From Candidatus Latescibacterota bacterium (GTDB taxonomy: Bacteria; Krumholzibacteriota; Krumholzibacteriia; WVZY01), in NCBI GenBank assembly GCA_963791045.1, contig CAWBQK010000015.1, forward strand, positions 229,390-293,389: a stretch of 64,000 bases of DNA, read 5' to 3'. The notes under the pieces are model-generated. The model was not told the origin of the DNA and did not search any database. It was given only the letters and a program-made list of their open reading frames with translations. Within the stretch, counting starts at the first letter, position 1; each line of letters starts with the position of its first letter. Positions 20,078-29,577 of this stretch are shown here, one piece after another. Made by a program: the position numbers and the translations under genes.

Positions 20078-21586
20078 ATGAGTCGACTTAGATTGCCGAG
20101 ACTCGCTTATAACAAATTGAGTTTCGCCGGCGCCATTATCGCCGTTATCACGGCCATTCTCATTATACTATTGCTGGCCCTCGAATCCGTCGAAGGTGGC
20201 TCGAATCCTTACGTCGGCATTTTCGTGTTCATGGTTCTCCCGCCGGTCCTCGTCTTCGGCCTGGTGTTGATACCGTTCGGGATGTGGCGTCAGAAAAAGC
20301 GAATTCAAAAATACGGCAATGACATCGTCCCGCAATGGCCCCGCATCGATCTCAACCTGCGTCCCCACCGAAATGCTTTCTTTGTTTTCCTTTTTGGGAC
20401 GCTCTTTTTTGCCTTGATAAGCATCGTTGGAGGATATCACGCGTTCCATTTCACGGAATCGGTCACGTTCTGCGGTACAACCTGCCACGTAGTCATGAAG
20501 CCGGAACACACCGCTTACCAGAACTCTCCGCACGCCCGCGTGCTCTGCACGGAGTGCCACGTGGGATCCGGCGCGAACTGGTACGTCAAATCGAAAATGT
20601 CGGGACTCTACCAGGTTTACGCGACTCTCAGGAATATTTATCCGACACCGATTCCAACACCGATCGAAAGTCTACGCCCCGCCGCACAAACATGCGAGCA
20701 GTGCCATTGGCCCGAAAAATTCTTCGGCACGCAGCAGCGCCGCTTCGATCACTTTATGTACGACGAAGGAAACACGCACTGGCCGATCAGTATGCTGGTG
20801 AAGACAGGCGGCGGTGATCCGAGAATCACACAGACCGCGGGAATTCACTGGCACATGAACATTTCGGTGAAAATGGAATACATCGCGCGCGATGAACGGC
20901 GGAACGATATCCCCTGGATTCGTGTCACGGACAGGGACGGGCGTGAAACGATCTATCAGGACGAGGGCTCGCCGCTTACCGAAGAGGAGATCCGATCCGC
21001 TTCAGTCCGCAGGATGGATTGCATCGACTGCCACAATCGCCCCAGCCACAAATATAACTCTCCCGACCACCTGGTCGACCTGGCGCTGCTTACCCGGCAG
21101 ATTGAACCCGAGATTCCGGGAATCAAAGCGGTCGCCGTCGACGCGATGAACACCGAATATGAAACCGAACCCGAGGCCCTCGACGGTATTGCCGCGCAGA
21201 TGCTCAACCACTACGCCGAGAATGAACCTGAGTATCTCGAAGCAAACGGTCCCGCGATCGAACGGGCGATTGCGGCAACTCAACGCGCGTTCTCACAAAA
21301 CATGTTTCCCGAGATGAAGGTACGATGGGACCGCTATCCGGATAACCTCGGTCATTTTATATACCCCGGCTGTATGCGCTGCCACGACGGCGAGCACGTG
21401 AATGATTCCGGAGACATGATTTCCCGCGATTGCAGGAGCTGCCATAACATCATTCTCCAGGGCACAGGCGACCGGGCGGAAATGGCGACGACTGCTGATG
21501 GACTTGATTTCGTCCACCCCGAAGATATCGGGGAGGCGTGGATGGAAATGGAATGTTTCGAGTGCCACTCTGGCACGCAACCATAG
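20078..21586 (+). CDS. NapC/NirT-domain inner-membrane heptaheme cytochrome c (ImcH-like)
   Basis: 3 N-terminal TM helices; 7 heme motifs: CGTTCH (CX3CH), CTECH, CEQCH, CIDCH, CMRCH, CRSCH, CFECH. Confidence 0.85.
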   Translation: MSRLRLPRLAYNKLSFAGAIIAVITAILIILLLALESVEGGSNPYVGIFVFMVLPPVLVFGLVLIPFGMWRQKKRIQKYGNDIVPQWPRIDLNLRPHRNAFFVFLFGTLFFALISIVGGYHAFHFTESVTFCGTTCHVVMKPEHTAYQNSPHARVLCTECHVGSGANWYVKSKMSGLYQVYATLRNIYPTPIPTPIESLRPAAQTCEQCHWPEKFFGTQQRRFDHFMYDEGNTHWPISMLVKTGGGDPRITQTAGIHWHMNISVKMEYIARDERRNDIPWIRVTDRDGRETIYQDEGSPLTEEEIRSASVRRMDCIDCHNRPSHKYNSPDHLVDLALLTRQIEPEIPGIKAVAVDAMNTEYETEPEALDGIAAQMLNHYAENEPEYLEANGPAIERAIAATQRAFSQNMFPEMKVRWDRYPDNLGHFIYPGCMRCHDGEHVNDSGDMISRDCRSCHNIILQGTGDRAEMATTADGLDFVHPEDIGEAWMEMECFECHSGTQP

Positions 21587-21587
21587 G

Positions 21588-24377
21588 GTGATAGTCGTGA
21601 AACGTGGATTCTTTCTGGGTATCTTTGTGATTTTTCTCACGTGTGCGGCGACCGGGTTCGCGGTCGACAACGACACGTGTTTCGACTGCCACTCGGACGA
21701 GGACCTCACCAAGGAAATCAAGGGCAAGTCGATTTCCTTGTTTGTCGACAACAATGTATTCAAGCTGTCCGTGCATAAGGACCTCGATTGCACCGACTGC
21801 CATATGGACGCCGATGTTGAAGATTTCCCTCACGAGGAAAACCTTGAAAAGGTCTACTGCGGCAACTGTCACGACGATCAACAACTCGATTTTGACGCGA
21901 GCAGCCATGGCCAGGCGCTCAATCGCAAAGCGCCCTATGCGCCCACATGCAAAGAATGCCACGGGGTGCACGACATTTTTTCGCCGAGCGATCTCAGGTC
22001 GATAGCGTACAAAATGAATATCCCTTTCCTCTGCGGCGGTTGTCACCGCGAGGGAGCGCCCGTATCGCGGGTCTACGATATCGGCGAACACAACATCGTC
22101 GAAAACTACAGCCAGAGTATCCACGGCGAGGGACTTTTCAAAAAAGGCCTGACCGTTACGGCAACATGCTCGGACTGCCACGGCGCGCATTTGATTCTTC
22201 CGCACACGGAACCAAAAGCGACGATTTCACCAAGGAACATCGCGGGGATGTGCATGAAATGCCATTCCAGAATCGAGGACGTTCACGAGAAAGTGATCCG
22301 CGGAGAGCTATGGGAGAAAGAGCCAGGCGCAATTCCGGCGTGCACCGACTGTCATCTTCCACACAAGGTGCGCAAAGAAACAGTCGCTCTGACTATTTCC
22401 GACAGGGACTGTCTGAAATGCCACGAAAAGCCCGACCAGTTCATGATCTCACACGGCGACACGATTTCATTGACCGTCCTCAAGTCTGACATAGACGATT
22501 CTGCGCATGAGAATATTCCATGCGTCAAATGCCACACCGATATAGACCCCCGGCTCAAACGCCCGTGCGAACCCTCGGGCAGAGTCGACTGTTCGAACTG
22601 TCACGCCAAAATATCGGAAGAGTACTTCGAAAGCGGGCACGGGAAGGCCTACGCCGAAAAATCCCCCGATGCGCCGTACTGCACGACATGTCACAGCGAC
22701 CACAAGGTGAAGAGCCACAGCGATGAAAGCGCGCCGACATACCGCGCGTCGATCCCCGAGCTGTGCGGGCGCTGCCACCGCGAAAACGGCCAGGCGACAC
22801 TCAACGCCGAGCTGTCGGAAACAAACGCCTTCACCGACTACTCGACGAGCGTCCACGGCAAAGGGCTCGTGGAAAAGGGACTGCTCCCGAGTGCGGTGTG
22901 CATCGACTGTCACAGTTCACACATGGTGTTGAAGCACACCGACAAACGTTCAACCGTCCACGAGAACAACATACCGGCAACCTGCGCCTCTTGTCACAGG
23001 GGAATATACAAGCAGTTCATAAAGAGCATCCACTACTCAACCGACGACGAAAAAGAAGAGAAACTCCCGAACTGCAGCGATTGCCATTCGCCGCACACGA
23101 TCACGGAGACCAAGCAAGACCAGTTCATGACCGAGGTAACCCATCAGTGCGGCTCGTGTCATGGCCATCTCTCGGAAACGTATTTCGATACAATGCACGG
23201 CAAGGCGTACCGGCTCGGTTACGCGGAGGCCGCCAAGTGTTCGGATTGCCACGGCGCGCACGAAATCCTTTCGGGCAACGACCCTAACTCGTCGGTGGGA
23301 TTCCGGAATATCGTGACCACATGCCAGAAGTGCCACGAAGACGCCAACATACGCTTCACTGGGTATCTCACCCACGCCACTCATCACGATCCGGTCAAAT
23401 ACCCGATTCTCTACTATACCTATTGGGCCATGACGCTGCTTCTCGTCGGCGTGTTTTCATTCTTTGGCATCCATACGCTTCTGTGGCTTCCAAGGTCGTT
23501 CAGACAGTTGAGGAAACGAAGACAGCACGCAAAAGAAGAGAAGGAATCCCGCTACTATATTCAGAGGTTTACGCTGCCTCAGCGGCTGACCCATCTCTTT
23601 GTCATCATCAGCTTCATGTCGCTCGCGCTTACGGGGATGATGCTCAAATTCTCTTCGATGCCCTGGGCTTTTGCTCTGGCGAACTTCCTCGGCGGCGTCA
23701 AGGTCGCCGGAGTCATCCACAGGACCGCGGCGGTGATCACGTTCGGTTATTTTGTTTTCCACATTGCATCGCTTGTCAGGTTCAAACGGCAGCGCAGGAT
23801 TAGCTGGATGCAACTCGCGTTCGGGCCGAATTCCTTGATGTTCAACAAAAAGGATATAGCCGACTTCTGGGGAACTATTAAGTGGTTCTTCGGCGCCGGG
23901 CCGCGTCCCGAGTACGGACGTTGGACGTACTGGGAAAAATTCGATTATCTCGCCGTGTTCTGGGGAGTGGCTGTCATCGGGCTTTCAGGGCTCATGCTGT
24001 GGTTCCCCGAACTGTTTACAAAGATCGTTCCCGGCTGGTTCATAAACGTGGCCACTATTATTCACAGCGATGAGGCCCTTCTCGCCGTTGGATTTATTTT
24101 CACGGTGCACTTCTTCAACACGCACTTGCGGCCCGAAGCGTTCCCGATGGACACGGTTGTCTTCACGGGAGTCGTGGGCCTCGAAGAATACAAAAAAGAC
24201 CGCCCGCATGAATACGAGCGGCTGATCAAGACGAACGAATTGAGAAAGCGCGTCGTCAAAAAGGACATCTCGAAGAACTGGGATCTCGCGATCCGGATAT
24301 TTGGTTACACGTTCCTCACGATCGGAATTGTTTTGATTGGCCTGATTATTTACTCGGTTCTGTTCGGCTACAAGTAA
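21588..24377 (+). CDS. 19-heme cytochrome c fused to an FdnI-type cytochrome b (CbcL-like quinol oxidoreductase)
   Basis: Signal peptide, 19 CxxCH, then TM domain QRLTH, GVIHR, RWTYWEKFDY, IIHSDEALLA, HFFNTH; GTG start 21588 or 21597. Confidence 0.88.
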   Translation: MIVVKRGFFLGIFVIFLTCAATGFAVDNDTCFDCHSDEDLTKEIKGKSISLFVDNNVFKLSVHKDLDCTDCHMDADVEDFPHEENLEKVYCGNCHDDQQLDFDASSHGQALNRKAPYAPTCKECHGVHDIFSPSDLRSIAYKMNIPFLCGGCHREGAPVSRVYDIGEHNIVENYSQSIHGEGLFKKGLTVTATCSDCHGAHLILPHTEPKATISPRNIAGMCMKCHSRIEDVHEKVIRGELWEKEPGAIPACTDCHLPHKVRKETVALTISDRDCLKCHEKPDQFMISHGDTISLTVLKSDIDDSAHENIPCVKCHTDIDPRLKRPCEPSGRVDCSNCHAKISEEYFESGHGKAYAEKSPDAPYCTTCHSDHKVKSHSDESAPTYRASIPELCGRCHRENGQATLNAELSETNAFTDYSTSVHGKGLVEKGLLPSAVCIDCHSSHMVLKHTDKRSTVHENNIPATCASCHRGIYKQFIKSIHYSTDDEKEEKLPNCSDCHSPHTITETKQDQFMTEVTHQCGSCHGHLSETYFDTMHGKAYRLGYAEAAKCSDCHGAHEILSGNDPNSSVGFRNIVTTCQKCHEDANIRFTGYLTHATHHDPVKYPILYYTYWAMTLLLVGVFSFFGIHTLLWLPRSFRQLRKRRQHAKEEKESRYYIQRFTLPQRLTHLFVIISFMSLALTGMMLKFSSMPWAFALANFLGGVKVAGVIHRTAAVITFGYFVFHIASLVRFKRQRRISWMQLAFGPNSLMFNKKDIADFWGTIKWFFGAGPRPEYGRWTYWEKFDYLAVFWGVAVIGLSGLMLWFPELFTKIVPGWFINVATIIHSDEALLAVGFIFTVHFFNTHLRPEAFPMDTVVFTGVVGLEEYKKDRPHEYERLIKTNELRKRVVKKDISKNWDLAIRIFGYTFLTIGIVLIGLIIYSVLFGYK

Positions 24378-24463
24378 CATCCGGGCGAATGAGCCGTCCG
24401 ACCACTTAGACACGCCGGGCGGTCGCTGTCACCAACGACAACCCCGCCCCTTCAATCACGCGC

Positions 24464-24497
24464 AAAACAAAGAGGGTGCCCTGGAAAGGGCACCCTC
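24464..24497 (-). terminator. Rho-independent terminator of the octaheme lipoprotein gene
   Basis: GAGGGTGCCCT-GGAA-AGGGCACCCTC stem followed by TTTGTTTT on the minus strand. Confidence 0.75.
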
Positions 24498-24523
24498 GAT
24501 CGAAGAACCAATTTCCAAAAAGA

Positions 24524-25564
24524 TCACTGTGGGAACTGGAGCGGGAAATCCTCTTCCGCGATCGGCTCGCCGTAGAGCATGTCCTGCTGAAGATCCGGTT
24601 CGTCCTTGAGATACGTCCACGTCTGCCCACCGTCACTCGTAGTCACGAACGCCCACTTCATCGCGGTCTTCCAATCGGCGGGAATGAACACGAAGCCCTT
24701 GAAATAGTCCAGGGCCTGTGCGTTGTCATCCCACCACGCGACGGTCATCGATCCCGTATCTTGGTATTCCTGGATGAGCTCGTTGTAGTGACACTTGTCG
24801 CAAAAGTCGTCGGTGTCTTCCGGTGTGTACACCGAGTGACCGGCGTACGGCGCCCACACCATGAACGTTTGTCCCTGGTATGTCGCGGTCATGCTGTTCG
24901 CCTGGTGGAGTTTGCCCTTCCATTTCACGAGCGGCATCCACTGGTGGAACATCGCACCAAAAATCTTCGTGTCGTCGCTGATCTCGGTGTCGAAGTGACA
25001 ACTCTGACACGACGTGGTTGCCTGCATATGGCACGCCGTACAGTGGACTTTCTCCATATGCTTTTCGTTATGTGCGCGGTTTTCCGACGGGCTGGGATGA
25101 CAACTCTCACACTCAATCTTTATCGCTCCGTCGAGAAGCGAATTGTACTTGTTACCGTCGCCGTGAACCTCGTCCATTGTGTGGCAGTTCACGCATTGAA
25201 AACCCGCGTCGCGGTGAACGTCACTGTACCCGAGTTTGAACGCCTCGGCCGCCTGCCTCCCATGGCACACATAGCACATCTCGTCTGTCGGCGCCGTGCT
25301 GGAGGTCATGTGGCATGTTTCACACTTGCTCGCCTCGACATGACACCCGATGCAGGCCAGTTCCTCGTACGGTATGTTCGTCATCAGTTCCATACCGCCG
25401 TTCGCCGCGCTGTAAAAGTACGCCTGCCCGTCCGTCGTGCCGTGCAAAGACGAAGCGATCGTCGAAGAAATCGACTCATTCTTCGGGCACGTGGGACAAT
25501 CATCGTCACTGCAACCTATAAACAGCAGTGAGACGACAAGGATCAGAGCCAAGGTTCTTCCCAT
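24524..25564 (-). CDS. Octaheme c-type cytochrome lipoprotein
   Basis: Lipobox LFIG-C; CIGCH, CETCH, CYVCH, CVNCH, CESCH, CTACH, CQSCH, CDKCH; RBS AGGAGG. Confidence 0.88.
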   Translation of the reverse strand: MGRTLALILVVSLLFIGCSDDDCPTCPKNESISSTIASSLHGTTDGQAYFYSAANGGMELMTNIPYEELACIGCHVEASKCETCHMTSSTAPTDEMCYVCHGRQAAEAFKLGYSDVHRDAGFQCVNCHTMDEVHGDGNKYNSLLDGAIKIECESCHPSPSENRAHNEKHMEKVHCTACHMQATTSCQSCHFDTEISDDTKIFGAMFHQWMPLVKWKGKLHQANSMTATYQGQTFMVWAPYAGHSVYTPEDTDDFCDKCHYNELIQEYQDTGSMTVAWWDDNAQALDYFKGFVFIPADWKTAMKWAFVTTSDGGQTWTYLKDEPDLQQDMLYGEPIAEEDFPLQFPQ

Positions 25565-25718
25565 AACATTCCTCCTGAGTGTGGCTCAAAAATCTGTCAA
25601 CGGCAGGCCAGAATAATCTCAGAGCACATCTTCGTCCCCCGACTGCTTCCATCGCTCTGTCGCCGCCGACGCTGCTCTGCGATCCACCGACCTCAAACTC
25701 CATGGACCGCCCGCGGAA

Positions 25719-25736
25719 AGGTGAAACCGTTCACAA
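25719..25736. promoter_or_regulatory. Rex-like operator in the leader of the octaheme gene
   Basis: AGGTGAA-ACCG-TTCACAA; core GTGAA-N4-TTCAC intact. Confidence 0.5.
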
Positions 25737-25773
25737 ACTACACCGCGCAAATTCAAACGTTGCCATTTCAGGA

Positions 25774-25802
25774 ATTCTAGTTAGAGCCGGTTTTGTTGTC
25801 AA
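25774..25802 (-). promoter_or_regulatory. sigma70 promoter of the octaheme lipoprotein gene
   Basis: Minus strand TTGACA-17 bp-TAGAAT. Confidence 0.7.
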
Positions 25803-25861
25803 CGTTGATAATCAACACGGATAATAAAAAGGCAGCCTTCAAACGGAGGCCTAACACCACC

Positions 25862-25896
25862 AAGAAAAACGGGGCCCGTTTTCACGCGGACCCCGT
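25862..25896 (-). terminator. Probable terminator after the c554-like gene
   Basis: Imperfect ACGGGG-CCG...CGG-CCCCGT stem followed by TTTTCTT on the minus strand. Confidence 0.55.
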
Positions 25897-25922
25897 CGAA
25901 TCGTTTTCACAAAGCAGGAAAC

Positions 25923-26510
25923 CTACTTCGCGTATTTCGCCTTCCGCTCCGCGGGAAGGTTGTGAGCTATAGCCGCCATGGCTTTTTCGTAATCGAAACC
26001 CTTGAATGTCGGGCTCTTCTCGTTATGGCATCCTTTGCAGGCGTCTGCCGTCGGACGCACATAACCCATAGCCGCGCCATCGTCATCGCCGGAGGTGATC
26101 GCCTTCATTGCGGCCGACTTGTAATAGTCGCCACCGGCCCCGTGGCAGGCCTCACACTGGACACCCTGGGTCGCATCAAACTTCTCGCCGTAGAATTTCG
26201 CGTCGAGGCCATGACCCGTCGCGTGACAGGCGAGGCACTCCGCGGCTTTCTGCGGATCCTCGATGCCTTTCTCGGTCGCGATCTTCTTCGCTGCTTCCCC
26301 TGCGAGGGTCGCGAAGGCGCCCGCGTGCTTGCTCTTTTCCCAGATCGGGAACTGCTCGCCCTGCGCGGCGGACTTGTGACACATCGTACACTTTGCCACA
26401 CCCAAGTACACGTGCTGGACTTCTTCCGAAGCCGCCGGGGTTGTGAGCGTATAAAGCGCCGCCACGACAACAAAAGTCGTGATCAGCGTACCAATAACCA
26501 ACTTACGCAT
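25923..26510 (-). CDS. Periplasmic tetraheme cytochrome c554-family protein
   Basis: Signal peptide; YLGVAKCTMCH, WEKSKH, CLACHATG, GVQCEACHGAG, CKGCH; ATG 26510 with GGAGG RBS. Confidence 0.88.
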   Translation of the reverse strand: MRKLVIGTLITTFVVVAALYTLTTPAASEEVQHVYLGVAKCTMCHKSAAQGEQFPIWEKSKHAGAFATLAGEAAKKIATEKGIEDPQKAAECLACHATGHGLDAKFYGEKFDATQGVQCEACHGAGGDYYKSAAMKAITSGDDDGAAMGYVRPTADACKGCHNEKSPTFKGFDYEKAMAAIAHNLPAERKAKYAK

Positions 26511-26617
26511 AACGGTTTCCCTCCCTATGATTGTTACCGCTACAAATGACCCCGGCATTATACCAGAGGTCATCGTCGTTTGCCACACTTTCTCGCCGGA
26601 ACATCTCCCGGGCCAAA

Positions 26618-27889
26618 TCAACTACCTTCCATCTGACGAATCTTGAAATACAGCGCCACCACCAGGAGCGTGATAAAAATCGTTGCCAGGCCGAGACCAC
26701 GCCGCCTGTGATGATGCTCCTTAATCTGCTCGATCCCCAAAGATAACGCATCTAACGCCTTTTCAACACCTTGTGTGGTCTTTTCGGCGACACGGTCGGG
26801 GTCGAAAGTATGAACCAGAGTCCGGGCCTGTATCAAGTCCTGGTGAGCTTCCTGGAGCAAGAACCCGATCTCCTCGTCCTCCATCCCTCGGCGCGCCACC
26901 TCGACGCGTTGAGCTTCCGCCTTGTCATACGAGCCGACGAGCTCCACAAGCAGCCCGTTGATCCGTCCCGCGGCGGCAAATCCCTTCTCCCCTTCCCCAT
27001 GACAATTTATACAAACCGCCTGCTCCCCCGTTCCCACCATATCGTCGAAGGTTCGCCTAACTTCATGATTCCCATGGCATTCCTGGCATGAGTGATACCC
27101 CTCAGCCTCCCAAGCCTGGCCCATTTTTGACTCGGCAAAGTACTGCATATTGTTGACATGGCACTGTCCGCAGATCTGGGCGACGGACGACACTTCCGGC
27201 GGCGTGGCCCCGTGATTGCCATGACAATCGTTGCAGGCTGGCGCCCCAGTGTCCTGGTTTTCGAGCAGAGCCACCCCGTGGACACTCATCTTGAACTGGT
27301 CGAACTGATCGGTGGGGAGCCCGGACGCCTTCATCCGATCCGCATCGCCATGACAGCCGGCGCACGTGGCGGGGACGTTCAACGCGTGAACGCTCGAGCG
27401 CGCGTCACTCGCCGGCAGGATGCCGTGAGAACGATGGCAGCTGGTACAAACGGCGACGCTTTCTTTGCCGGCGGCAAGTCCGAGTCCATGCTTGCTCGTT
27501 CGGTACTGCTGAACCTGGTCCGTCTGAATTCGCGGCTGGTAGGCACGCATGATTTCAATATTGGAATGGCACTTCCCACAAAACAGCGGAACATCTTTTG
27601 GAGACGGCGCTCCAACGAAACCGGCCGCAACCGACATTGCCGCATCCTGGTCATCCTGCGTGGGATCCCCTCCGTGACACCCCGCGCACGACAATCCCGA
27701 CTGGAAATGAACGTCATCCTTAAGCAAATCCTCGGGCAGATAGTCGGCTTCCGTATGACACGTCACACAGCTGTCTCCTGTGAGCGAATCAAGTCCGCCT
27801 TCGGCCAGACACACCGCCGCTATCATCATCGACAGAACGAGGAGCGCCGCAAAGCTGACAGAGATCGTTATGTTTTTTGAAGACGACAC
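26618..27889 (-). CDS. Nonaheme cytochrome c with a C-terminal membrane anchor (multiheme partner of the Rieske/cytochrome b complex)
   Basis: 9 CxxCH (CVTCH, CAGCH, CGKCH, CTSCH, CAGCH, CNDCH, CGQCH, CQECH, CINCH), helical stalk, TM GLGLATIFITLLVVALYF; GTG 27889 (or 27904). Confidence 0.87.
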   Translation of the reverse strand: MSSSKNITISVSFAALLVLSMMIAAVCLAEGGLDSLTGDSCVTCHTEADYLPEDLLKDDVHFQSGLSCAGCHGGDPTQDDQDAAMSVAAGFVGAPSPKDVPLFCGKCHSNIEIMRAYQPRIQTDQVQQYRTSKHGLGLAAGKESVAVCTSCHRSHGILPASDARSSVHALNVPATCAGCHGDADRMKASGLPTDQFDQFKMSVHGVALLENQDTGAPACNDCHGNHGATPPEVSSVAQICGQCHVNNMQYFAESKMGQAWEAEGYHSCQECHGNHEVRRTFDDMVGTGEQAVCINCHGEGEKGFAAAGRINGLLVELVGSYDKAEAQRVEVARRGMEDEEIGFLLQEAHQDLIQARTLVHTFDPDRVAEKTTQGVEKALDALSLGIEQIKEHHHRRRGLGLATIFITLLVVALYFKIRQMEGS

Positions 27890-27900
27890 TCTTTGGTTCC

Positions 27901-28980
27901 TCACATCAAATAGCCCATCACGGTCATTATCGCCATGAAGAGAATCACCAGAACACCAACGACCTTCATAAAACCCGGTTTGCTCCCCGGGCCACCCTTG
28001 ATTCCCCAGAACGGAACAAGCAGCCATGCAAGACCGGCAAGACCGAAGAGTCCGATCCCGAGAAGCTCGCCCTCGATGAACAACACGTGGGCTGGAATCA
28101 TCTTGAGCGACTGGAACATAAACATAAAATACCATTCGGGGCGAATCCCCGCCGGCGCCGACGCGAACGGGTCTGCTTTCTCACCGAGTTCCCATGGGAA
28201 AAACACGGCAAGGAACAACAAAACGTTCAAGACCACCAGCCACAACAGCGTGTCACGCAACAAGAAGTTGGGAAAGAACGGGATCATTTTCCGTTTTTCC
28301 TCCGGGAGCTTCTCGACGTACTCGGGGGCGTGCATACCCTGACGCTGGATAAACAACAAATGGACGGCGAGAAAGATCCCAAAAATCGCGGGAAGAATCG
28401 CGATGTGGATCGCATAAAATCTCGACAGCGTCGCACCCGTCACATCCTCTCCACCCCTCAGCACGACTTTCATCATGTGACCGACAACGGGAACGGCCCC
28501 CATAATGTCCGTTCCAACTTTCGTGGCAAAGAACGCCAACTCGTTCCACGGGAGAAGATACCCCGTAAAACCGAACCCCATCGCGAGCATCAGAAGCACG
28601 AATCCGGTCAACCACGAGAGTTCGCGGGGTCTCTGGTACGCCCGGGTAAAAAACGTGCTGAACATGTGGAGAAAAATAAAGAGCACCATCAAGTTGGCCG
28701 ACCAGCTGTGAACCGAGCGCATCAGCCAGCCGAATTCAACCTTGGTCATCAGAAACCGAACACTCTCGAACGCGGAGTTTTCGTCGGCCTGGTAATAGAG
28801 GACGAGGAGGATACCGGACACGACCTGGACGAGAAAAAGAAACAGCGCCACCCCACCCATGTAATACCAGACGGTATGACGGTGAACGGGCACCTGTTTG
28901 TGCCGCATAAAATCGATGAGCGGTGAGATATTGAACCGATCATCGACCCACGAGTAGAGTTTTTGCGGTAGCTCTTTCAT
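27901..28980 (-). CDS. petB: Cytochrome b subunit of a Rieske/cytochrome b (bc-type) complex
   Basis: RSVHSWSAN, RPRELSWLTG, TGYLLPW, TLSRFYAIH, PFFPNF, RPEWY. Confidence 0.92.
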   Translation of the reverse strand: MKELPQKLYSWVDDRFNISPLIDFMRHKQVPVHRHTVWYYMGGVALFLFLVQVVSGILLVLYYQADENSAFESVRFLMTKVEFGWLMRSVHSWSANLMVLFIFLHMFSTFFTRAYQRPRELSWLTGFVLLMLAMGFGFTGYLLPWNELAFFATKVGTDIMGAVPVVGHMMKVVLRGGEDVTGATLSRFYAIHIAILPAIFGIFLAVHLLFIQRQGMHAPEYVEKLPEEKRKMIPFFPNFLLRDTLLWLVVLNVLLFLAVFFPWELGEKADPFASAPAGIRPEWYFMFMFQSLKMIPAHVLFIEGELLGIGLFGLAGLAWLLVPFWGIKGGPGSKPGFMKVVGVLVILFMAIMTVMGYLM

Positions 28981-28987
28981 TACCCCG

Positions 28988-29467
28988 TTACGCTGCGGTC
29001 GGCGGCTTGGTTATGTGAATCTCATCCGCGACGACATTCACAACGAATTCGTCGAGCGGCCGTGGCGGCGGACCCGAAACGTTCCGCCCGCGAAGATCGT
29101 AAAGCCCGTTGTGGCAGGCGCACCAGATCTGTTTGTGGTCTGATCGATACTGGACAATGCACTCGAGATGGGTGCAGGTCGCCGAAAACGCGCGGAATTC
29201 TCCGCTCTCGGTGCGGATCAAAATCACGGGCTTCCGGCCGAACTTGATTATTTCACTCGAATTATTGGGGAACGTCGAAGCGATACCCGCCTTGACCGAC
29301 TGGACGTTGGCCTCGGGTACCTTGGGCGGTTTGAGGTAGGAAATGACCGGATACAACACGCTTCCGAGCCATCCCAGAAGCCCGCCTCCAAGCAGAACAT
29401 TGACGAATTGCCGTCTGTTGAGTCCCATAATTATAGTGGTTCGATGTGGTTCGGGTATTGTGGACAT
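28988..29467 (-). CDS. Rieske 2Fe-2S subunit of a bc-type complex
   Basis: Twin-arginine NRRQFV plus TM; CTHLEC and CACH boxes; GPPPRPL; start 29467 or 29428. Confidence 0.92.
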   Translation of the reverse strand: MSTIPEPHRTTIIMGLNRRQFVNVLLGGGLLGWLGSVLYPVISYLKPPKVPEANVQSVKAGIASTFPNNSSEIIKFGRKPVILIRTESGEFRAFSATCTHLECIVQYRSDHKQIWCACHNGLYDLRGRNVSGPPPRPLDEFVVNVVADEIHITKPPTAA

Positions 29468-29516
29468 TTGCGCCCGCGTATCTTAGCAAAGCGCAGGCGG
29501 CAAGATCAACACCCTT

Positions 29517-29534
29517 TTGTGCATGAAATCACAA
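29517..29534. promoter_or_regulatory. Rex/CRP-like palindrome upstream of the Rieske promoter
   Basis: TTGTGCA-TGAA-ATCACAA; a minus-strand extended -10 (TGCTAAGAT) lies at 29480-29488. Confidence 0.45.
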
Positions 29535-29563
29535 GGCCGCCGGAGATCTCTTCAACGGCGGCC
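29535..29563 (-). terminator. Hairpin after the second 19-heme gene
   Basis: GGCCGCCG...CGGCGGCC stem, weak U tract. Confidence 0.45.
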
Positions 29564-29577
29564 CCGTGAACGGCCTG

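Noticed and set aside
25506-25703. 65-aa ORF in the leader of the octaheme gene
   Set aside because: Overlaps the downstream start out of frame and has no recognisable motif
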